NCBI GenBank assembly: GCA_043797775.1
Contig: JAZDPI010000050.1
Span: 1-24,754 of the forward strand
From: Candidatus Eiseniibacteriota bacterium
GTDB taxonomy: Bacteria; Eisenbacteria; RBG-16-71-46; JAFGJU01
Direction: 5' to 3'
DNA length: 24,754 nucleotides
The translations under genes and the position numbers were made by a program. Every line of letters begins with the position of its first letter. Position 1 is the stretch's first letter. This document shows, one piece after another, positions 7,522 to 14,684 of the stretch. Under the pieces are notes generated by a model. The model was not told where the DNA came from. It ran no database searches and saw nothing but the letters and a program-made list of their open reading frames with translations.

Positions 7522-8721
7522 TCAGATGCGGCTCATTGCCCGCCGCAAATCGTAGATTATGTCCTCGACGTCCTCCAAACCGACGGAGAGCCGTACCAGG
7601 CCCTCCGTTATACCGACTTCCTCAAGTTCCTCGGCCGTGTAAGACGAATGTGTCATCGTGGCAGGATGCTGGATGAGCGTGTCGACGTCGCCGAGGCTCA
7701 CGGCAAGCACGCAGAGCTCCACGCCGTTCATGAGCGTCCTTCCGGCTTCCCTTCCCCCCTTCAACTCAAAGGCTATCATCCCGCTCGGCCCCCGCATCTG
7801 CTTGCGCGCCAGCTCGTACTGAGGGTGCGTTCGCAGCCAGGGAAACCACACCCTCCGCACTTTCGGGTGAAAAGAGAGGAACTGGGCGATCTCAGTCGCG
7901 TTCTCCGAGTGCTTTTCCATTCGCACCGGCAGGGTCTTGAGCCCTCTCAGCAGGAGCCAGGCATTGAAGGGGCTGATCACACCTCCGAGGTCTCTCAGGA
8001 ACTCCTTCTTCATCTCCTTGATCTTGTCTCCAGGCCCCACGATGACGCCGGCCACCGTGTCCCCGTGTCCACCGATGTACTTTGTCGCACTATGTATCAC
8101 AAAGTCCGCTCCCAGCTGAATGGGGTTCTGGTAGTATGGGGTGCAGAAGGTGTTGTCCACTGCGAACAGTATCCCGTGGCGCTTGGCGATTTCGCTGACC
8201 GCGGCGATGTCGACGAGCTTGAGAGTGGGATTGGCTGGTGTTTCGACGAAGATGAGTCTCGTTCTCTCGTCCAGCGCCGCCTCAACGTTCGCAGAGTCCG
8301 AGGCGTCCACCTCGACGACCTCTATACCCACTCTGGGCAGAGTCTTTGTGAAAAGCTGGTGAGTACCCCCGTAGAGCGTGTCAGACGCAACAACCTTCTC
8401 ACCCGTTCTGACGAAACTCAGGACCAGCGTGGTCGTAGCAGCCATGCCGGAAGCCATTGCAAGGGCGGCGTCGCCCCCCTCGAGAAAGGCCATTTCCCGT
8501 TCGAGAGCAGTCTGCGTCGGGTTCCCCATTCTGGTGTAGAAATATCCCTCCTGCTCGCCCGCGAATATCGCAGCGCCCTGTTCCGCGCTCTCGAAGGCGA
8601 AAGTGGAGCTCTGGAAGATCGGCGTCGAGACGGCCCGGATCGGAGTCTCCGCCTCGTGTTTGTCTATGCGCTTTCGTCCGTGAATCGCGATTGTGGCAAA
8701 TCCCAGTTTTCTTTCCTTCAT
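7522..8721 (-). CDS. Cys/Met metabolism PLP enzyme (methionine gamma-lyase / cystathionine gamma-lyase or synthase family)
   Basis: STPIFQSSTF, FYTRMGNPT, ASGMAA, VETPANPTL, VDNTF, HSATKYIGGHGD (PLP lysine), LAVSLGDVDTLIQHPATMTH, GLVRLSVGLED. Start set at ATG 8721 (GAGGT 8 nt upstream). Exact reaction not assignable. Confidence 0.88.
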   Translation of the reverse strand: MKERKLGFATIAIHGRKRIDKHEAETPIRAVSTPIFQSSTFAFESAEQGAAIFAGEQEGYFYTRMGNPTQTALEREMAFLEGGDAALAMASGMAATTTLVLSFVRTGEKVVASDTLYGGTHQLFTKTLPRVGIEVVEVDASDSANVEAALDERTRLIFVETPANPTLKLVDIAAVSEIAKRHGILFAVDNTFCTPYYQNPIQLGADFVIHSATKYIGGHGDTVAGVIVGPGDKIKEMKKEFLRDLGGVISPFNAWLLLRGLKTLPVRMEKHSENATEIAQFLSFHPKVRRVWFPWLRTHPQYELARKQMRGPSGMIAFELKGGREAGRTLMNGVELCVLAVSLGDVDTLIQHPATMTHSSYTAEELEEVGITEGLVRLSVGLEDVEDIIYDLRRAMSRI

Positions 8722-8753
8722 GATCGCCAACCTCTATGCTTGACGGGACGGGC

Positions 8754-9920
8754 TCACCGTCTGGACGCCGCCTTCTTCAAGTCCTCGACCCTGTCACAGA
8801 CCTCCCATGTAAACCCATCTTCCGTCCTTCCAAAATGCCCGTAGGCCGAGGTGGGCCCGAATATCGGCCTGCGAAGGTCCAGAGCCTCGATTATTCCCGC
8901 CGGGGTGAGATCAAACACGTCCCGCACGACACCTGCGAGTTTCTCGTCATCCAGCTTGCCGGTCCCCAGAGTGTGAGCAGTAACTGAAACCGGTTCCTCG
9001 ATCCCTATGACGTAAGCCAGCTGAATCTCGCAGCGCTCCGCAAGCCCGGCCGCGACCACGTTCTTGGCAACGTACCTGGCGGCGTACGAGGCGGACCTGT
9101 CGGTCTTAGTGGGGTCCTTTCCCGAGAGCGCGGCGCCGCCGGTTCTGGCAGAAACGCCGTAGGAGTCCACGACAATCTTGCGTCCCGTCAGTCCGACATC
9201 GGCGCGCGGCCCACCCAGCACGAAAGTACCGGCGGGATTGATAAGGCACTTCACGCCCCCGGAATTCAGCTTCAGCGAACTGAGCACCTCGTCCACAACG
9301 TGTGTCTTCAGGTCCGTCCTCAGCTGTTCCAATTCCACTCCGTCGGAGTGCTGGGCCGAAAGCACAAGCGTCTGAAGCGAGAGAGGCCTTCCGGAATCGT
9401 ACTCCACGGTGACCTGGCTCTTTCCGTCAGGTCTGAGGTAAGAAAGCGTGCCTGCCTTTCTCACTTCCGCCAGACGCCTGGTGAGTCTGTGGGCAACGAA
9501 GATGGGGATCGGCATGTATTCCGACGAGAAACCCAGGCTCCTCGACTCGTCAGTCGCGTAGCCGACCATCATCCCTTGGTCGCCGGCGCCCTTTCTGTCA
9601 ACCGCAAGCGCTATCTCCGGCGACTGCTCCTCTATCATCACGATCACGGCGCAGGTCTGGTAGTCGAAGCCGAAGGCGGAGTCGCAGTAGCCGATGTCCT
9701 TCAGCGTCTGGCGGACGACCGCTGTGATGTCGACGTAGCACTTGGTCGTGATCTCTCCCGTCACAAGAACGAGGCCGGTCGTCGCAAGCGTTTCACAGGC
9801 CACCCGCGCGAATGCATCCTGCCTGAGTATCGCATCGAGCACCGCGTCAGAGATTTGATCACATATCTTGTCAGGGTGTCCCTCGGTCACAGATTCTGAC
9901 GTGGCAAGGTACCTTCCCAC
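8754..9920 (-). CDS. metK: S-adenosylmethionine synthetase
   Basis: [61 protein letters not shown]. Start set at GTG 9920 (AAGGAG 6 nt upstream). Confidence 0.95.
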   Translation of the reverse strand: MGRYLATSESVTEGHPDKICDQISDAVLDAILRQDAFARVACETLATTGLVLVTGEITTKCYVDITAVVRQTLKDIGYCDSAFGFDYQTCAVIVMIEEQSPEIALAVDRKGAGDQGMMVGYATDESRSLGFSSEYMPIPIFVAHRLTRRLAEVRKAGTLSYLRPDGKSQVTVEYDSGRPLSLQTLVLSAQHSDGVELEQLRTDLKTHVVDEVLSSLKLNSGGVKCLINPAGTFVLGGPRADVGLTGRKIVVDSYGVSARTGGAALSGKDPTKTDRSASYAARYVAKNVVAAGLAERCEIQLAYVIGIEEPVSVTAHTLGTGKLDDEKLAGVVRDVFDLTPAGIIEALDLRRPIFGPTSAYGHFGRTEDGFTWEVCDRVEDLKKAASRR

Positions 9921-10056
9921 CGAACGCTCCTTTCTGAAGGGTTCCAGAGGCAACTAGACTCGCACAAAGCGGCCGGTCGTGTCAACGCCCTTCGGCCCGC
10001 GGCAACATCAGGCGGACCGCCCGTCGCGGCTCGATCGGAACTTCCGCCGTACAGTC

Positions 10057-10086
10057 TTGACCGCGGGGCGAATAGCATGATATTGT
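10057..10086 (+). promoter_or_regulatory. Sigma70-type promoter for the GT-C / dehydrogenase genes
   Basis: TTGACC (10057-10062), 18-nt spacer, TGn-TATTGT (10081-10086). Confidence 0.5.
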
Positions 10087-10151
10087 GCCAGCTATCCAGT
10101 GGAAAAGCCAGCAAAACGTTGTGATGAAATGGCACCGAGTACCTGAACGTT

Positions 10152-11693
10152 ATGCTTGATGAAACCACCGATAAGGGTCGTCTTCCCGCACCGGGCAGCC
10201 GCACTGAACGACTGTTCGTCCTGGGCCTGCTGCTGGTTGCGCTCGCGCTGAGGCTTTATCGCCTCTCCGGCCAGAGCATCTGGGTCGACGAAATGCTGAC
10301 CCTCTCCTCGAGCGGCATCACCGCCCCGCTTCACGCCGTCGACGTCTTTGAGAACCTTCACGGTCCCCTTCAGTCGCTTCTCCTCTTTCTCTGGTCGAAG
10401 GTGGCGGGCCACGGCGAGTTTGCGCTCAGGCTGCCCTCCGTTGCGTTCAGCGTGCTCTCCCTGGCGGCGATATACAGACTTGTCCTGAGGCTGGCGGGTT
10501 TTCGCACCGCGGCAACGGCCCTCGCCGTCCTGGTGCTGTCGCCCTTTCACGTTTGGTACGCGCAGGAGATCAGAAACTACAGCATGCTGCTCTTCTTCTC
10601 GGCTCTGTCGCTCGACAGCTATCTCTCGCTTCTGTCCTCGCCCAATCGCGGCGTTTTCGGACGGTACGTTCTGTTTACACTGGCGGCGTTTCTCTGCAAC
10701 ATGAGCACGGCGTTTCTGCTCATCGTCCAGGACCTGCTCTTCCTTTTTCTTCCCAGAAGGCTCTCGTTCAGGAAACTGCTGCTGGCAAACCTGCTCCTGA
10801 TGCTGCTGCTCGCACCGTGGCTGTCGCAAATCGTCCAGAAAATCGAGCTTCACAGACTGGTGCGGACCGATGCCTACCCCGCATCACAGAGTCTGCGGGG
10901 GGTCACCACATTCACGCCCTTCGCGCTTCCGTACACCTTCTTCGTCTTTTCGGTGGGTTACTCGCTGGGACCGAGCCTGAGAGACCTCCACGAGTCCGTC
11001 CGGCTCTCAGACATGACCAGGCACCTGCCTCTCGTCCTGCCTGCGGCAATAGGGTTTTCCGCCGCCTTCGTCGCCGGCGTTCTCTCGCTGAGGAGGGACA
11101 GAAGGCTTCTTGCGTTTCTACTCCTCTGGATGGCAGTGCCTCTTGCGATCATCTCTTTCTTCGGGATCAAGAATTTCAAACCCTTTAATCCTAGATATGT
11201 GATGATCGCGATGCCGGCTTACGTCTTGCTGGTTGCGCACGGACTCAGCCGCTTGCGCGGAGTCACTCTGCGCGTCCTCGTCGGCGCGCTCATCTTCGGC
11301 ACGATGTCGATCTCTCTCTGGAATCACTTCCACGCGCCGAGATACGGGAAGGAGGATTTCAGGGCGGCGGCCGCGGTCCTGGCGCCGGCCTGCGGTGAGG
11401 GAAGCGTCGTTTTCACCGAGGGCACTTACGAACCTCTCGTCTACTACCTGAAGGGGCAGGCGCGGCTGGTCCCGCTGTACCGGGAGACCGTGACCGACGA
11501 CGTTCAGCTCGAGGCTCTTGTCCGGCGCGAATCGGCCGGAGCGAGCGCAGTGTGTCTGGTGATTTCCAGACACTGGGAAGTCGATCCCGACGGAAAGGTG
11601 ATTGCCCTCTTCAGGAGGCTCTTCGAGCCGGGAAGCGTTCACCGGCTGGAGGGAGTCGAGATAGCCCTGTTTCGACGGGCGGGCGTCCCGTAG
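10152..11693 (+). CDS. Polytopic GT-C fold glycosyltransferase (GT39/PMT_2/ArnT-like)
   Basis: ALRLYRLSGQSIWVDE (acidic motif after TM1), HGPL, LRLPSV, SPFHVWYAQEIRNYS, many TM segments, PRY, and a soluble C-terminal domain after KEDFRAAA. Confidence 0.85.
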   Translation: MLDETTDKGRLPAPGSRTERLFVLGLLLVALALRLYRLSGQSIWVDEMLTLSSSGITAPLHAVDVFENLHGPLQSLLLFLWSKVAGHGEFALRLPSVAFSVLSLAAIYRLVLRLAGFRTAATALAVLVLSPFHVWYAQEIRNYSMLLFFSALSLDSYLSLLSSPNRGVFGRYVLFTLAAFLCNMSTAFLLIVQDLLFLFLPRRLSFRKLLLANLLLMLLLAPWLSQIVQKIELHRLVRTDAYPASQSLRGVTTFTPFALPYTFFVFSVGYSLGPSLRDLHESVRLSDMTRHLPLVLPAAIGFSAAFVAGVLSLRRDRRLLAFLLLWMAVPLAIISFFGIKNFKPFNPRYVMIAMPAYVLLVAHGLSRLRGVTLRVLVGALIFGTMSISLWNHFHAPRYGKEDFRAAAAVLAPACGEGSVVFTEGTYEPLVYYLKGQARLVPLYRETVTDDVQLEALVRRESAGASAVCLVISRHWEVDPDGKVIALFRRLFEPGSVHRLEGVEIALFRRAGVP

Positions 11694-11758
11694 CGAGCTC
11701 GAAGCGCCCGCCCGCGCGGGTGGGCCAACGCGCCCGCGAGAAGTGCAGGAGGATAACG

Positions 11759-12691
11759 GTGTTGAAGCTTCTCATAGTCCACGAGAGGGCCCCGGAATAC
11801 GCGAGGCTCATTCGCGAAGAGCTCCCCGGCATCCAGATAGTCGCGGCGAGAGACAAGGCGGAGATTCCCCCGTCCCTGGACGACGTCGGAGTGATTCTTG
11901 CGTGGCGGTTCCCGAAGGAGATTCTGCGCGCGGCCACCGGCGTTCGCTGGGTGGCGTCGACCGGGGCGGGAGTCGACCACCTCCTGGTGTCGGAGCTGTC
12001 CGAGGACGTCGTGATTACAAAGGCCCCTCCCATTTTCGGGAGGCTCATCACAGAATACGTGCTCGGCTACGTTCTCTCCGTCTCGCTGCGTGTGGAAGAG
12101 ATTGTGTCGAACAGGGCCAAGAGGCTCTGGGTCGTCCCGCAGCGTGCGGAGGTGGCCGGGAAGCTCATGGGGATACTCGGGATGGGCACGATAGGGACTC
12201 GCGTGGCGAAAGCGGCGAGGGCGCTCGACATGCGGGTATGGGGAATGAGGAGGACCGCCGTCCCCTGTGACGAGGCGGAGCGAGTCTTCGGAAGGGACGA
12301 GCTGTCGAGCTTCCTGCCCGAGCTGGACTTCCTGGTGATGACCCTTCCTCTCACCCCGGAAACCAGAAACCTCATAGGCGCGCCGGAGCTCTCGCTCCTC
12401 AGGCCCACGTGCTGGATAGTCAACGTCGGCAGAGGAAGAATCGTCAACGAAGAAAGCCTCGTGCACGCGCTCGAGGCGGGGCAGCTCGGGGGATACGTGT
12501 CCGACGTGTTCTCGACGGAACCACTGCCGGCCGACAGCGCCCTTTGGACCCTCCCCAACTCCATAGTGACTCCTCACTACGGGGCGCTCACGAAACCTGA
12601 CGAGTTTGTGCCTCACTTCGCAGAGAACGTGAGAAGGTTCCTTGCCGGCCGCCCCCTTCTCTTCCAAGTGGACAGAAGAAAGGGATACTAG
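11759..12691 (+). CDS. D-isomer-specific 2-hydroxyacid dehydrogenase (GhrA-like)
   Basis: GAGVDHL, Rossmann GILGMGTIG, LPLTPET, NVGRG (Arg), DVFSTEPL (Glu), TPHYG (His). Start set at GTG 11759 (AGGAGG 6 nt upstream); the ORF-track extension to 11552 overlaps the GT-C gene. Confidence 0.92.
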   Translation: MLKLLIVHERAPEYARLIREELPGIQIVAARDKAEIPPSLDDVGVILAWRFPKEILRAATGVRWVASTGAGVDHLLVSELSEDVVITKAPPIFGRLITEYVLGYVLSVSLRVEEIVSNRAKRLWVVPQRAEVAGKLMGILGMGTIGTRVAKAARALDMRVWGMRRTAVPCDEAERVFGRDELSSFLPELDFLVMTLPLTPETRNLIGAPELSLLRPTCWIVNVGRGRIVNEESLVHALEAGQLGGYVSDVFSTEPLPADSALWTLPNSIVTPHYGALTKPDEFVPHFAENVRRFLAGRPLLFQVDRRKGY

Positions 12692-12888
12692 CCCCCCACT
12701 ACCCTGGCCAGGTGTTTGAGAGACCTATCGTAGGTTCTCTCGGCAGACGCCGGGAAAAGGCATCCCGGAGCCTCCCCCATGCTTTTGTGATACTGAACGC
12801 ACTCGCAGCACCTGCCCTTCCTCGGGCAGGGCTCGTAGGTGCACGTGCAACCTGCTGCGTTCTCATCGAGCGAAGGGCAGTCTGGCAT
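12688..12888 (-). CDS. 66-aa cysteine-rich protein (resembles DUF6485), probable metal binder
   Basis: CxCxYxxCxRxGxCCxCxxYH...PGC...ERTYDRS pattern; 8 Cys plus His34; GGAGG 5 nt before ATG; fills the gap between two real genes. Family name recalled from memory, not searched. Confidence 0.75.
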   Translation of the reverse strand: MPDCPSLDENAAGCTCTYEPCPRKGRCCECVQYHKSMGEAPGCLFPASAERTYDRSLKHLARVVGG

Positions 12889-14395
12889 GCTGACCTCCCG
12901 GGGCTCCCTTCAGTGCCGCACTTCCCACCAGGGCGCCCTTGAGTGTTCCGTAGAAGCCTTGAGGCGGGGTAGGGCCTGTCATGTAGAAGAGAGTCATGTT
13001 GATGCCCGTCTTGTTCTCTATCAGGAAGACCGGGGTCAAGACGGGCGTCGAGCCCTGCATCTCCCCGTAGAATCCGATCGGTTCCGCCGGCGTATCGCCG
13101 GAGAAGTCCAGCTCGCGGTTTCCGTTCAAATCCATGAAGCAGATCACGTAGTAACAGCCGAAAGGCACGGGAATGGTCGTGTACTGCCCCGTCCCGTTCG
13201 GGATTATCGCCGCAAGGGCGGGCTCGCCTCCGTCTCCCTGAGTGGGATCCTCCAGGAACAGAAGCACGTACGTGGTATCGGTATCCGTCACGCCCGGATT
13301 CTTCGAGACGCTGCCCGATATGGTCGAGAGCTGAAACACGTACTCCAGCGCGAAGGAAATACCGGTGCGCGTCTGGCCGGCCGACACGACGATCGGGTCC
13401 GCCACTCCGTCCTCGTTCGGGTCGTACATGCCCGCGGGCTCGCCGACATCGGGCTCGCTCGAACCGTTGAAATCCATGAAGGCGCCGATGTAGTAGGTCC
13501 CCGGCGTCAGAGGCCCGACAACGTAGTCTCCCGGAGAGTCTATCTCGACCCACGCTATCGTCTCCGACAGGCAGGCATCCGTGAAGACGCGTATTTGAAC
13601 GCCGGCCGTCCCGCCGGGACCCGAATAACTGATCCTGCCGGAAATGGCTCCCGGATCACCCGTGCAAAAGGTCCACGAGTGCGCCGAGGAAAGATGATTC
13701 CCCGACACGTCCATTGCGCCCGTCTCGACGCCGGCCCCGTAGCACGCGAAGTTCACGAGAGGGAACGGGGGGACGACGATCATTCTGGTGTCGTTGGCCT
13801 CCCAGCTGAAGTCGCTTCCGACGATCATGTAAGGGTCCTGTCCCGCGTACTGAAGCCAAAACGCGCTCTCGGCGGAGCTGCGGTTCATTCTCTCGCTGAA
13901 CTCCACCACGATCGGCTCCGCCGTACCGGCGTTTCTTTCTCCGTCATCAGGCACGGTTTTCGTTACCACGGGAGCCGTGGTGTCCCCGACCGTCGTGCCG
14001 TTGAATATCTTGAACTGGGTGACCGCGGCGTTCCCAGCGAGGTCCTTGATGCCGCCTGCCGTGAGTCTGTACTCGACGTCAAGCTGTGGAGAAGTCTCAA
14101 TAGACACCGTCTTGAGATCCGGCATCAGCACCGCGCCCAAGACATCCAGCGTTTCCTCTACCGCAACCCGCGGGATTAAGTAGTTCCCGGTATCCTCGGC
14201 CGACGACTCGTCAAGGCCTTCGTTGAACAGAACGCTCACGTGCGTGTCGTCCACCGCCGTGACCGAGACGAGCAAGGGAGGCGTAGTATCACGCTCGGGC
14301 TTCGATGCGCCGTCGTCACTGCAGCCGCCGGCCATCAACGCGGCGGAAAGAAGGAATGCCATCACAAATACATAGCTACGCCTCTGCGCAAACAT
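12863..14395 (-). CDS. Surface/periplasmic lipoprotein with two Ig-like (Big_5/SbsA-like) domains and two C-terminal beta-sandwich repeats with Ca-binding-type loops
   Basis: ATG 14395 with AAGGAGGT 5 nt upstream; signal peptide ending in lipobox-like AGGC; DTTPP...VLFNE and DTTAPVV...VEFSERMN Ig-like starts; repeats G.YY...FMD.NG...D...EP.G.Y. Confidence 0.85.
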   Translation of the reverse strand: MFAQRRSYVFVMAFLLSAALMAGGCSDDGASKPERDTTPPLLVSVTAVDDTHVSVLFNEGLDESSAEDTGNYLIPRVAVEETLDVLGAVLMPDLKTVSIETSPQLDVEYRLTAGGIKDLAGNAAVTQFKIFNGTTVGDTTAPVVTKTVPDDGERNAGTAEPIVVEFSERMNRSSAESAFWLQYAGQDPYMIVGSDFSWEANDTRMIVVPPFPLVNFACYGAGVETGAMDVSGNHLSSAHSWTFCTGDPGAISGRISYSGPGGTAGVQIRVFTDACLSETIAWVEIDSPGDYVVGPLTPGTYYIGAFMDFNGSSEPDVGEPAGMYDPNEDGVADPIVVSAGQTRTGISFALEYVFQLSTISGSVSKNPGVTDTDTTYVLLFLEDPTQGDGGEPALAAIIPNGTGQYTTIPVPFGCYYVICFMDLNGNRELDFSGDTPAEPIGFYGEMQGSTPVLTPVFLIENKTGINMTLFYMTGPTPPQGFYGTLKGALVGSAALKGAPGGQHARLPFAR

Positions 14396-14420
14396 CGTAT
14401 ACCTCCTTGCTTTGGGGCCG

Positions 14421-14454
14421 AGAAAAAGCAGCGGAAAGAACTTCATCCGCTCGC
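14421..14454 (-). terminator. Intrinsic-terminator-like hairpin inside the lipoprotein 5' leader
   Basis: Minus strand GCGAGCGGA-TGAAGTTCTT-TCCGCTGC-TTTTTCT: 6-bp stem plus 2 bp past a bulge, followed by U5, lying between the putative promoter and the RBS. Confidence 0.45.
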
Positions 14455-14469
14455 ATTTCGACGCAGCGA

Positions 14470-14498
14470 CTCTTACCACGGCGCCGCTCCAATGTCAA
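14470..14498 (-). promoter_or_regulatory. Sigma70-type promoter for the lipoprotein gene
   Basis: Minus strand TTGACA (14498-14493), 17-nt spacer, TGn-TAAGAG (14475-14470). The -10 lacks the final T. Confidence 0.45.
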
Positions 14499-14574
14499 CA
14501 AGGTCGGCCCCGGCGGCTCACGCCCTCATCGTCGCAATGGCGCGGCCCGATATCACGTTGTGCGGACGGCGGGC

Positions 14575-14603
14575 TTGACGTCTTCTCCTCCGCGTGATAG
14601 CAT
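14575..14603 (+). promoter_or_regulatory. Sigma70-type promoter for the GT4 gene
   Basis: TTGACG (14575-14580), 17-nt spacer, TGn-TAGCAT (14598-14603). Confidence 0.6.
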
Positions 14604-14684
14604 GTCTTCGCCCTTGACTTCTGAATCGCTCTATTCGAGGCCTCCGATGCGCTTGCTCCGACCATTAACGGCGGGAGGTTGAGG

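Noticed and set aside
9921-10150. Possible SAM riboswitch upstream of metK
   Set aside because: I found no SAM-I core (AUC..AGA, GCAACC, GUGC) or SMK-box pattern. A minus-strand TTGACA at 9985-9980 leaves little room for a leader, and it has no properly spaced -10, so I did not call it as a promoter either.
11552-11758. N-terminal extension of the 2-hydroxyacid dehydrogenase
   Set aside because: It overlaps the GT-C 3' end, and a strong AGGAGG precedes GTG 11759.
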